From Octopus sinensis (taxonomy: Eukaryota), in NCBI RefSeq assembly GCF_006345805.1, contig NC_042997.1:212164001-212228000 (forward strand): a stretch of DNA of 64,000 bases. The letters are read 5' to 3'. Below, in pieces: positions 1 through 14,698 of this stretch. Each line of letters begins with the position of its first letter. Position 1 is the first letter of the stretch. Below the pieces are notes generated by a model. That model saw only the letters and a list, made by a program, of their open reading frames with translations, did not search any database and was not told the DNA's origin. Position numbers and translations under genes: made by a program.

Positions 1-139
1 CGTGTCACCGGCACGGGGCCAGGCGAGGCTGGCAACGGACACGAACGGATGGTGCTTTTACGTGCCACCAACACGGGGGCCAGACAGAGCTGGCAAACGG
101 CCACGAAACGGATGGTGCTTTTACGTGTCACCGGCACGT
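1..139 (-). mobile_element. Fragment of RTE LINE 3' UTR repeat array, cut by the window edge
   Basis: Contains GGATGGTGCTTTTACGTGCCACC..GGCACG units that match the 3' UTR of the long RTE copy at 43911-45665, in the same orientation. Confidence 0.85.
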
Positions 140-3428
<3,289 letters not shown>

Positions 3429-3892
3429 CCTTAAATCCTTAAAAATGTTTTAGCCCGAAGGCCGCGGCCATGCTGGGGCACCACCGCTGAATGAGCCACA
3501 CTAGTTTGTGAATCCACCTCTGATACGTGGCACTTGATCAACAAGGGAGTTCGATGCTGCTGCCCGCATCCGCGTCTCCTGTCGTGAGGTAGGTTCATCT
3601 GGGACTTCCAACAAGAAGAGATCCAGTTTAGTTTTAAAGAAACCCACATCCACACCATGCAAGTCTCTCAGGTATTTAGGGAGGACGCTGAAAAGCTGTG
3701 GTCCCCCGAAACCCAAGCTGTCGCAGCATCTGGACCCGCATCTTGATGGCGATGTTGGAATCCCCGGCACCACGCAGCGGCGCCCCGCTCCGCGGTTGGA
3801 GTAACCTTGAATGCCAAAGTTCGGGACAAGACCCTCCAGGACCCTCCAGATGTACATTACTGCACACCTCTCCCGCCCCCGCCCCAGGGAGA
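3429..3892 (-). mobile_element. 5'-truncated CR1/L2-group LINE 3' end (ORF2 C-terminus, 3' UTR, short tandem tail)
   Basis: Minus-strand translation [21 protein letters not shown]...[14 protein letters not shown]...FKTKLDLFLLEVPDEP...RAAASNSLVDQV is typical of the CR1-like ORF2 C-terminus. Ends in a TTTAAGGA x2 tail and sits inside (TA)n. Confidence 0.8.
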
Positions 3893-4044
3893 ATATATAC
3901 ATATATATACATATACATACATATATATACATATATTACATATATATACATATACATACATATATATATATACATATACATACATATTATACATATATAT
4001 ACATATATATACATATATATACATATATATCATATATATACAAC

Positions 4045-4077
<33 letters not shown>

Positions 4078-4552
4078 CATACATATATATATATACATAC
4101 ATATATATATATACATATACATAATATATATACATATATATACATATATATACATATATATACATATATATACATATATATACATACATATATATATATA
4201 TACATAATATACATATATATACATACATATATATATATATATACATACATATACATATATATACATACATATATATATATATACATACATATATATATAT
4301 ATATAATACATATATATATATACATACATATATATATAATATACATACATATATATAATATACATACATACATATATATACATATATATACATACATATA
4401 TATACATATATATACATACATATATATATATACATATATATATACATATATATATACATATATATATATACATACACACACATGCACACACACACACATA
4501 CAACACACACGTATAGGTAGATAGGCACACACACACACACACACACACACAC
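3893..4552. repeat. (TA)n/(TACA)n then (CA)n microsatellite
   Basis: Directly visible. Confidence 0.97.
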
Positions 4553-5710
4553 CATACTAGAAACTCTATTTCTCTATTGTCATGCAACAACAACACCTGA
4601 ATGCATGAATGAGAAAACAGTGGAACAAAAATACCAGAAATATTTTTAGTTTGGTATGAGAAAAGAAGTGGCAGAGCAGGTGAGTGGGTAGCAGTAGAGG
4701 TGGTGGTGGTGGCGAGGCTGTGTGCTGAAGGACTCCCAATAAACAGAGAATAGAGATTGCGTTGTTAAAGCTGCATTATTTCTTGTGGTGAGGCAGTAAA
4801 AAGTGATGAGACTTCACATTTGTCAACATGGATGAAGCATTCATGGTTGTTGTGGTGGTGGTGGTGGGGGGGGAAGGGTGGCACGGAGCTTCTGAGAGAT
4901 GAAAGCGATTGTGAAGAAAGAATATGAGGCAGGTGTCAGATAGAGGAAATGAGGTGAGGTTGCAAAGGTGTCGTCGAAGAAGAAAGAGTGGAAGAAAGAG
5001 AAGGTAAAGTTATTGAAGAAGCTTTGGAACTAAAAGTGAGCCAAGTTTCTAAGATGGTAAGGAAAATCTGAACTGTAAAAGAAATACCAACATGGAGGAG
5101 AAAATGTGATTGATGATGATGATGATGATGATGACAACATGAATTATATTCTTCAAACACAAACCACGATATATATAAGTGTGTGTGTGTGTGTGTGTGT
5201 ACACATATAGACACACAGACAGATTTCTATGTTAGAGTCTATTTATGACAAACCATAGATTAGCAAGTCTATTTTTCCTTTTTTGTTAACTATGGCCATG
5301 TTTATTTTTAGAAATAAAAAAACAAAAAACTGTTAAATCAGTTTTTTTGCTTCTAGACTAAATTATCAAATCTGGATTTAAAAAACTTCAGTCATGGATT
5401 TAGAACATACCTGCAGAAAATAATTAAGTGAAGAAACATCTTCACCTGTAATTAAATTAGGACAGCGTACATTCATTCCACACCTGAGAAAATTTCATTA
5501 TAGGACTAAAATGCAACACACATAGTTGCACATTACTTCACCATAGCAGTTCAGTGGATAAACCGGTTGTCAGATGTGGTTGGGGTGGGCCCTATGCATT
5601 GTGGACAGGGCTGACTGGGAGAGAAATTCACAACACTTTTGTTCAACGAAAAAGAAGAAATTTATTGGGGAAAAACTAGTGACTGGATTGAACCAGGAAA
5701 CTGTGATTAA

Positions 5711-6094
5711 GGTGCAAGCATGGCTGTGTGGTAAGAAGCTTGCTTCCCAACCACATGGTTGCAGGTTCAGACCCACTGTGTGGCACTTTGGGCAAGTGTC
5801 TTCTAGTACAGCCTCAGGCTGACCAAAGCCATGAGCGGATCTAGCAAACGGAAACTGAAAGAAGCTCATTGTATGTGTGTGTGTGTCTTTGTTTGCCCCT
5901 ACCACTGCTTGAGAACCAATATTGGTGTGTTTATGTCCTTGTGACTTAGTGGTTTGGCAAAAAAGATTGATAGAATAAGTACCAGGCTTAAAAGGAAAAT
6001 ACAGGGGGTTAGTTCATTCAAGTAGAAATTCTTCAAGGCAGTGTGCCCCAGCATGGCCACAGTCTAATGATTGAAACAAGTAAAAGATGAAAGA
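5711..6094 (+). mobile_element. tRNA-derived SINE, family A (diverged copy)
   Basis: A-box-like TGGCTGTGTGGTAAG, B-box-like GGTTCAGACCC, central GGGCAAGTGTCTTCT...GGAAACTGAAAGAAG, and 3' CCCCAGCATGGCCACAGTC...GAAACAAGTAAAAGA. Matches the copies at 43065 and 50287. Confidence 0.85.
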
Positions 6095-6177
6095 TATTTA
6101 TGTATTGCCCAGCAAACATGGTTTGTGGAAGAAATTCTAGTGAAAGAGGAAGTTAGAAAAGACTGTGTCCAACTTAC

Positions 6178-6234
6178 CAATGGCATATAAATAATATTGG
6201 AATGAACATTTGGGCTTCGGGCTCGGACACTTAC
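6178..6234 (-). other. Candidate 57-nt exon starting at an AG|GTAAGT (recursive-splice-like) site
   Basis: Minus strand TGATGTTTTTTCAG|GTAAGTGTCC...GCCATTG|GTAAGT. Two frames are open (VSVRARSPNVHSNIIYMPL or KCPSPKPKCSFQYYLYAI). No homology recognised. Confidence 0.35.
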
Positions 6235-6913
6235 CTGAAAAAACATCAGAAACAGTAACTTCAATATGAAATCAATAAAACATTGATAATATTAATTCAT
6301 AACAACACTTTTACGTAAGTTTTGAAACAAATTAGTTTTCTATTTTCAAAGATGGAACATTGATAAAATGTGTAAATAACAGATGCAGTGTTCATAGCAA
6401 AAGGGAAATCTTTATCCCTCCCCCCACCCACAATGAAACGTGGATGTTCTGTTAGAACAAACTATACTGTGGCAAATTTCATGAGAGAAACTCTCAGATT
6501 GGCTTTTAGTGCAAAATGCACACTTGTTTATATCACTAGCGGGGAGATGAAATCCCCACTACCTCCAGTGCTGAGACCACCAGATCACATGATTTCGACC
6601 TTCCTTGGTCTTGTCAATGAGGGACATTTGACTACTAGAGATAGCAGTGGTTCATCTCCCCACCAGTGATATTATGTTCTTTTTTATGTGGCACCATCAC
6701 CAGTGCTTTTTATATGGCGCAACACACACACAGGGTCACCAAACTCCTTGCCTCAGCCATGTCTAACAAAACTGTGTCGTCTAGAGAAATCTTTAAGTCA
6801 TATTTTAGGACAGCCCATAGCCCACTAGAAGCGGAAGAGGTTGATTGAAAAATATTTTTATCAAAATTTTAACTCTTTTGTTATCAACTCATAGTGTTTC
6901 ACATAAACTTCAA

Positions 6914-7058
6914 GAATTACATTATTTACATTTGACGGATATTTGTCCTCATCTTGTTTGTTGTTAACACAATGTTTCAGCTGATATACTCTCCAGCCTT
7001 CTTCAGGTATCCTGGGAAAATTTTGAACCTGGGTTCTCATTCCTAAGGTATTTTTCGA

Positions 7059-7099
<41 letters not shown>

Positions 7100-7400
7100 T
7101 TACTGCTTGAAATCAAACTCAGAATCTTGGAGTTAAGAGTGTGGACTACTAACCCCAAGATTCCGAGTTTGATTCCAAGCGGTGACCTTAATAATGATAA
7201 TAGTAATAATAATAATAATATCGAAAAATACCTTAGGAATGAGAACCCAGGTTTGAAATTTTCCCAAGACACCTGATGAAGGCTGGAGAGTATTTCAATC
7301 AAAACATTGTGTTAACAACAAACAAGATGAGGACAAATATCCGTCAAATGTAAATAATGTAAATAATGTACATAATTCCTCATCTCTTAAATATAGAACT
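6914..7400. mobile_element. Head-to-head inverted pair of a tRNA-headed element with a hammerhead-like tail (~490-bp palindrome)
   Basis: 6914-7130 is the reverse complement of 7155-7370. Each arm has a B-box-like GAGTTTGATT(C/T)C, (TAA)n, and CTGA(T/A)GAAGGCTGGAGAG...AAAC. The same body recurs at 34165-35101. Confidence 0.8.
6966..7011 (-). ncRNA. Degenerate minimal type I hammerhead ribozyme motif
   Basis: Minus strand CTGAAGA-A-GGCTG(gagagtatat)CAGCT-GAAAC-ATT-GTGT. Both core boxes and stem II are present; the helix III and cleavage triplet are not canonical. Confidence 0.45.
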
Positions 7401-7946
7401 AAATTAATATTTGTGAAATACAATCATTAGGAGCAATCTATGTTAAAAAAAATTTCAATTTATATTTCTATGTTAAAGTTTAAGTCATGTCTCTGTATTT
7501 CATTGTAAACTAAGTTTTGTTGAAGATGTCATAAACTGCCTAGTAATTAATACTTTCCTTACAATTAATTTCTCAAAAATGACGGCAAAAACATGAAAGT
7601 AGATTTAATCTGTTTCAGATATAAATGATCAACCAACATCAAAAAGATATCTTATTAAATGTATTTCCAATAAATTCCGAGTTAAATTATTTCCTCTGCA
7701 CATGTTATGTAGAGTTTATCTGAAACTTTCTTTCCAATTCTTAACTGATCCAACCAAACACATCTCTTTCTAATAAATACTCTTCTCGACTGGTTATTAT
7801 TGCCCTTCATCTTCTAGTTTCATCTGTTTGGTCGACTGAAGTCAGAGAATAAGCAACGACTTTAATCATGAGTTGGCTTATTAGAAAAGACACTTAAAAG
7901 ATTTCACTCAGCTAATAAAGTACGAATGACATTTTATAATTTGCAG

Positions 7947-7972
7947 GATATCGAATAGTCTCAAAAGACAAG
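7947..7972 (+). CDS. Candidate 26-nt coding exon (GYRIVSKDK), unidentified
   Basis: TTTTATAATTTGCAG|...GACAAG|GTGAGA. Phase 1 to 0, compatible with the candidate at 11102. No homology recognised. Confidence 0.25.
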
Positions 7973-8391
7973 GTGAGAGAACATCTAACCTTAATGAAAC
8001 CAATATAGTAGCAGCAGCAGCAGCAGTAGTAGTAGTAGCAGTAGTGGAGAACTTAACTATGTCATCTAATTTAAGAGTAAAAAATCAATGGGGTTTATAA
8101 TAAAGCTTTCTGGTTGCTTCTAAACTGCAAAATGGCATTTCAATGAAGCTGAGATAATTAAGAAAGAGGATTTGATGGTAAAATCTAGATAAAGGACAGA
8201 TATTGCCCGCACAAACTCTTCTTTTGGTTAATATATTTATTCACCAATTATACTTTCTTTTTCCTTCTCATTTGTTGGGCGTTCGGGTTTTGGCAACCAC
8301 AGTTGAATCAATATGAAGCCGGAGGAAATAAACTGAATGTTAAAGAAGTTTATTCTTACCATTTCTCTGAATCATTTGGAGAAAGTGTCTT

Positions 8392-8447
<56 letters not shown>

Positions 8448-8736
8448 TGTCCATATTAAAGGTTGAAATAAAACAAGATCAAACCACAAAACGAAAGCCT
8501 GCTTCCATCAGTTTCTTCCATCCTTTAATAAAATTTCTCCTTCCCTCCCTAACAATGGCACATTTTCCTTTTCCTCTCAATAAAAGGGGTCACAGAGTAC
8601 ATGGCTATTTCCTTGCAATCGTTATACAGCGATTGAATAGCTTTGTCCTTATATGTATATTTATATGTAAGTACGTATGTACTGGGTCATCCCATAAATA
8701 ATGCTGTTTTTTTTATACTTCTTTTATTTTTCGAAA

Positions 8737-10030
8737 TTAAGATAAAGTTCTTCTTAAATCTAAAATATACCCTCCTTCATTTTCTACAATGCTCTTCCAT
8801 CTATCTGGTAGACTTGAAGGATCCCTTGTCCATGACGAAAAATTTACTTGTCCATAATGAAATTCAAAATTCACTTGTCCGTAATGAAAAATACTCCTCC
8901 TGCACTGACCTCGTCTACAGAATTCATATTTTTTTCCATTCAAACGATTTTGAAGACTGCAGAATAAATGATAATCAAATGGGGCAATGTCCAACGGATA
9001 TGGTAAGTGGGGCATCGTTTCCCATTCAAACTCTCAACTTTGACAAGTTTGAAATATTTTCAAGAGAAAGTTTACGATTCTGGTTGTGGATGAAGAAGAC
9101 TTTGAGAAGAAATTTGGCAATTTTTGGCAAAAAATGTACCCTTTTGCCAAGTTATGACAAAAAGTTAGTGAAATATTTTAAATGGTTACAGTTGGATAGA
9201 GAGACAAATAGAACAAAATAATTTGAAAAAAATATGAATTTTTAATTATTTTCTGAGATTTTACAAAAACAACAAAAATACTATTAAAAAAAATATATTT
9301 TAAAATTTTCTTTGGAATGTCATCCTTGCTGTATGTGGCCGAGCATTATCCTGATGGAAGAACGCCTTTCGTTTTGAAGCTAAATATGGTCGATTTTCTT
9401 CTAGTGCTGACTCGAGCCGCTCAAGCTGTTCACAGTAGATCTCCTTCGTTATCGTTTGGTTTGGGTTTAAAAGTTCAAAGTAGACTAAACCTTTCATATC
9501 CCACCAAACAGATAACAACACTTTACATGGGTGAAGACCTTCTTTAGCCTGGGGTGCAGGTGTTTCTCCTTTCCCTACCCAGGTCTTCGGCACTTGACAT
9601 TTTTATAGAGAACCCATTTCTTGTCACCAGCAAACTATTTGGTCCAAAAAAAGGTTCATTTGTGAGACATGGCAGCAAAGAAGAGCATACATTCACTCTC
9701 TGCATGTGAATAGACTCAGAAAGTTTGTGAGGAACCTATTGACTCAATTTGCTGACTTTTCCAATGGCACACAGGTGTTGATGAATGGTTGAACAACCAA
9801 ATCCAAGCTTCTCTGCTAGTTCCTCAACAGTTATGATGGGATTTTGTTCCACTGAGGTTTGCAAGATGTCTTCGTTGAGCTCTACAGATCTTCCAGGTCA
9901 AGGCTCATCTTCTAGGCAGTGGTTTCCCGCATGGAATTTTTGGAGCCACCATTGGTACTGGCTTACACTTATTGTCTGATCCCCATAAACTGTATTAACA
10001 TTCCTTGCACTTTCTGTTGTGTTGTTGGCT
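8737..10030 (-). pseudogene. Mariner transposase pseudogene
   Basis: Motifs: VPHKL (WVPHEL-like), DQIV.GDKKWVLY, KVLLSVWWDMKG, FHQDNARPHT, and PHLPYPLDIAPFDYHLF (YSPDLAP-like). Disrupted by stops, frameshifts and a 267-bp insertion. Confidence 0.92.
9043..9309. other. 267-bp AT-rich insertion in the transposase, flanked by a CTTTG direct repeat
   Basis: CTTTG at 9038-9042 and 9310-9314. Removing it rejoins ARMTFQ to EFEWETMPH in one frame. Confidence 0.65.
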
Positions 10031-10142
10031 TTATTGAATTCATAAAACAAAATATGCCAAATATGCTCTTTTCATTATAGCTTTGAAAAAATAACTGTTA
10101 AAATCGAACTGTACTCTTCAAAACTCACACTAAGAATAAGGA

Positions 10143-10820
10143 CATCATCATCATCATTGTTTAACGTCCTCTTTGTATGCTAGCATGGGTTGGATGATCT
10201 AAGTGAGGGCTGGCAAACCAGATGGCTGCATCAGGCTTCAATCTTGATCTGGAAAAGTTTCTACAGCTAGATGCCCTTCCTAACGCCAAACACTCCGAGA
10301 GTGTAGTGGGTGCTTTTTACGTGTCACTGGCACGGGGCTAGTCAGGCGGTACTGGCAATGACCTCGCTCAACTCTTTGTACACATGCCACCGGCACAGGT
10401 GCCAGTAAGGCGATGCTGGTAACGATCACGCTCAAATGGTGTCTTTTACATGCCACCAGCACGGAAGCCAGTTAGCTGCTCTGGCAACAATCACGCTCGG
10501 ATGGTGCCCTTAACACCCTACTAGCACGGGGCTCGAGTGCCAGTAAGGTGACGCTGGTAATGATCACACTCGAATGGTGCCTTTTATGTGCCACTGGCAC
10601 AGAAGCCGGTTAGCCGCTCTGTCAACGATCATACTTGTATGGTGCTCTTTGCATCCCGCTAGCACGGATGCCAGTCATCGAATTTGATTTTGATTTCACT
10701 TGCCTCAACAGGACTTCGTAAGCAGAGTTTTAGTGTCCAAAGAAGGAAAAGGTACACATAAGTGGGCTGGTTACGCCCCTGGCATAGGCACAGGTTATGG
10801 TTGCATTTGGCTTGCTGGGA
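10143..10820 (-). mobile_element. RTE LINE complete 3' UTR copy nested in the mariner
   Basis: (CAT)n tail at 10143, repeat array, and an end matching the ORF stop region of the RTE at ~30550. Confidence 0.9.
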
Positions 10821-11101
10821 AAGATAAAATTATTACCTGCTTTTACAGCAAGTTGATGCAGGTAGTTTATCCTGTCTCCCTTCTGACTTTTAGTTCATAC
10901 AATTGAAAAAACTGGCATTATTTATGGGATGTCCCAATACAAGTGTGTGTTTTACAACCTACCCTGAGCTCTGGCTACCAATGGTGACACTGTCATTGTT
11001 TATGGTTCAGCTGCACAATAACAGATGTCAGACCTTTTACAACAGATGTTGATAATGACACACAACACATCTATCACAATAAAATACTAACACTTTTATA
11101 G

Positions 11102-11165
11102 CTTTTCTTCGGTGACAGCAAGGAAAATGTAGCGAAAGTCACAGCAATTCTAGATACTGTGGCTG
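11102..11165 (+). CDS. Candidate 64-nt coding exon (LFFGDSKENVAKVTAILDTVA), unidentified
   Basis: TACTAAC branch point plus ACTTTTATAG| acceptor and CTG|GTATGG donor. Only phase 0 is open, and that frame stays open to 11593. Confidence 0.3.
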
Positions 11166-11247
11166 GTATGGCTGCACTTTTGGTGAAGTACCATTGGTGC
11201 TTGAGAGAAAGAAACTTGCTTTATCTTTATGGAAGTCATAAACTTAC

Positions 11248-11419
11248 ATCCGCCTGTCCATCGGTCATTCAATCGCCTTTTGACAGTAATACTGCACCTG
11301 TTACTATTATTATTTTTTTTTTTAATAAGCTTGCTGACTATCTGCGGCAACAGATGCTGAAATTCTATACATGGTTGACAGTGAGATTTGGCTGTTATGT
11401 CACTACCAGACATTTTCTA
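11248..11419 (-). other. Candidate minus-strand exon with an ATG near its start
   Basis: Strong acceptor TTTTTTCCTGCCTGGTCTCTTCAG| (NAGNAG), AAAATG at 11413, donor GGAT|GTAAGT. ORF MSGSDITAK...RWTGG crosses a poly-A/AAT run, which argues against conserved coding. Confidence 0.3.
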
Positions 11420-13110
11420 CTGAAGAGACCAGGCAGGAAAAAATCATGTCATGGCAGCTGTAGCAGAGGGTTCTTGTCTGTTAAAAATATATGGGTACAT
11501 CTATGCACTCAAGACCATATACTGGGCGTAATATATATGATTACTCATTATTTAAACATAATAAGTTGTGCACTTCACTTGAGAAAAAGGTAGGCAATTT
11601 AAATTGTAAATATATGTAAAATATTGTCAATAAATATAACAGCCAACCTGTAAACTTTCATTAATCAAAGCCTAATGCTTTTTATTTTTGACATTACTAC
11701 TGTGTTATAGTATCTATGTGCTTTGAGGACCAATTCCAAAAGGGAATTATTTCACAAGCTCTCAAAAGTTTAGAAATTCTTTTGACATCAACAATAAATG
11801 AATGCCAGTCAAAGGGCAGAAGAGCTCATGAGCCGTCAACAGCCATCCAACAATATGTGTACATGTGTATGTATGCATGTATGAATGTGCAGAGACATGG
11901 GAATACCTGGGATGGTGTCCAGGTACACAGCATCTGTCTAGGAGAGGGAAACTCTGAGAGAAAACCTGCGACACTGACAATATTCGATAAAGTAGACTAG
12001 TTCTTCTTTTTGAGTTTATGTTGTCCATGTTCAGAGAATGGGATTGGATTTGTGCAAATCCTTCCTCCACCACAATGCAGAGGCATCGTTTGAAAAAAGT
12101 ATGACTTGTCAGAAAAATGGTCGGTCATAGCCTTTGTGTGTGTGGTACTTTCAATCGGGTGATAGCAATACTGGAACCACATTTGGTGATAATTCTACTG
12201 TGGTGGATAGGCCTTCTTGAGAACAGCAAGGCTTCAGACATCTTGGTCCTTTGTAAGGCTCAATGTCTTGAGATCAGCCTTCAATACTTTATCCCATATC
12301 TTTTAGGGGTCTCCCACTTTGACAAGTTTTATCAATTTAAGTGATCAGTACGGCTGTATGCGGCTGTCTCCATCCACCCGCATCACATGACCAAACCAGT
12401 GCAGTCCCCCCTCCCTTGCACCCTACATATATTTCCTCTTATGCCTAACTCCTCTCTCAATACACTAGAGCCCTGTCACACGTGCACACTAACAATGCCC
12501 ACATACACACATAGACTTAAAGTTTGCATCTGCTTAAAACCCAGTGTTGTTTATATTGCGTTCCTTTGGGTGTCATAACATCAATGTGGCTGACAGAGGT
12601 TAATAAAACAAGTACCAAATTGAAAACAAATTACTGGAGTCAATACAATTAATTAGAGCCACTCCACCTGCTAGAAATGTGTTATGTTGTCAGTGACGAT
12701 ATATGAGGTGTGTGTAACAATATATCAGAGTACCAAATGTAACCGTATAACAATAAGCAACGTAACAAGTGTCGGTTATATTATAACCATTCACACAATA
12801 CCACCCCAACACAGAATCAGTAATGAGAGTAACACTCTCACAGTTTGACCTCAACTGTCTGCTGGCTCGTTCTATTTATAAGACTTGTCCAGTCCACTGT
12901 CAGTCACATGGGAGAGTGTCATCGGTTCAGTCCACAACAAAATGGAAGTCAAATTACACACACCTCTCTATTAGATAATATTGCCTTAGATGTACATCCA
13001 CATAGGATGGTCTTGGTTAGAATATTTATGATGATAGGTCTGTCTGGTAAAGGTTGACCATGGGCTAAATAATGCCAACAACTTCAACAAATCTTCATGA
13101 AGTCTAATGT

Positions 13111-13340
13111 TTACCCCTTTCGTTACTGTATTTCTGTTGAGATGCTCTGTGTTTCTTTCAATTACTTTCAAACATAACAAAGAATTTAGTAAAATAACTT
13201 AGTTATCATTAAGCTAGTGTTAGGAACATAAATTATGACTAAGGTTTGGTGGAAGATTTTAATTCAGAACTTATGAAAACAAGACATTTGTACTACAGAG
13301 CCAGAGCTGGTTTCAGCTGGGTTGGTAATGAAAAGGTTAA
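13111..13340. mobile_element. piggyBac-type MITE, family 1 (decayed)
   Basis: Reverse-orientation homologue of 59888-60115; ends TTACCCCTTT...AAAAGGTTAA. Confidence 0.75.
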
Positions 13341-14698
13341 TATTGAGCTGCAATAATCAGAGAAGAATTTATTTACACATGATTTCTGTAAATGTTTTCA
13401 TTAAAAATTGAAGAAGAACCAACAAAATTAGTGATTTCTACAATCATGTCTGAAAGCATCGCACATTCTTTGTCAAAAATGTTTCTTATAAGAAACTGGG
13501 CTTTTAATAAGAATTCTCTTTTGAGCAGGTCTTAATATGTCTCAATTTATGTAGATTGTTGATGTTGCATTTGATTAAGAATGTCGTTGTTGTATAAACA
13601 TGAAGTTTATCAAGAAATTTCAGGAACACCAACGTCATTAGACAAGAGACAAGCTAGAGTCAGTGGAATAATGTGAAGCATTGTTGACTCCACTTTATAT
13701 AAATGAGTTTGTTGGAGTTAAAGGTAGGTTAAATTCCTTTTTGATTCTAACTCACCCAAGACCTCTGCTTCTCTGATACAAACTTCCAAACACCAGGTCA
13801 ATAATGACTAAGTTATTTGACAAAATTCTTTATTATTTTCAAAACTGATTTAAACTAAGATAGTATATTCAGCAGAAATATGGCAACAAAATGGTTAAGG
13901 AAGGTGGATGGACCGATTCCAGAGGGCAGCCAAAAGCCAATGTTACACAACTGACTAATGAGGATGGACGGAATAAAAGAAAGCAGCATCAAAGACTGAA
14001 TGAAATCTTTATGGAATTTCGATTGAAACATCAAGAAAAAATATGGAGAAAACTTGATTGCAATCATGACAGTTTTATGTAAAAGAAAGAAAATTATGCA
14101 TCAGAGTATGGTGCACGTGTGTGTGTGTGTGTATGTGTGTGTGTGTGTGCCATAATAAATGTGTTTCTACAATAAAATTATTGATAGAGAAAATCAGAAA
14201 TTTCATCACTGCACTGCCAGTCTCTATAAATGTTACAAAACATAAATGATATACATTCAATTAATGGGACGCAGTTTTTCATGCTAATGGTTTTTTTTCT
14301 ATAAGGAACCTTTTACTTTATCAGATTTCGATCCAATAAATAAGATGGAGATGTGAGAGCCGAAGCTATAAGGAATGATTTGTAGCTAACGTCATCCTCA
14401 AATCAATTCTCAGACTACACTATGGATCCAAATGTTGACAAACACATGACAACAACATTTTCAACCTTCCATTGTCTTACCCAATTTAATAAAATACTTC
14501 TAATTTTACCACCCGGCTTTCTTTGTAAAATATTCTTAAAGCAATTTGGGAACTAACTTCTTTCATAATTACATATATCATGGATACCATAGAAACGACC
14601 ACTTATTCAATTCTTTGCCTCTTGTAACCTTTCATTTTCGTGTCTTATCTGGGTTAGAGTTGCAACTTTGTCACTAATCTGAATATTACTTTTAAGAT

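Larger units (their letters stand above)
8680..10939 (-). mobile_element. Full-length inactive mariner (DD34D) transposon with two nested insertions
   Basis: Left TA|CTGGGTCATCCCATAAATAATGC (8680-8704) and right GCATTATTTATGGGATGTCCCAA|TA (10915-10939) form 23-bp TIRs with 2 mismatches and a TA TSD. About 1.3 kb remains after removing the insertions. Confidence 0.92.

Noticed and set aside
4600-5160. Purine-rich unique block with donor-like CAG|GTGAGT and ATG|GTAAGG; possible first exon or promoter
   Set aside because: No sustained ORF and no clear promoter signature; it cannot be supported without transcript data.
11280-11310. TAATACTG, the seed of the miR-8/200 family
   Set aside because: The rest of the mature sequence does not match, and no precursor hairpin is evident.
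13870-14082. Plus-strand ORF ...SRGQPKANV...QEKIWRKL
   Set aside because: It loosely resembles a decayed RTE C-terminus rather than a host exon; too diverged to call.
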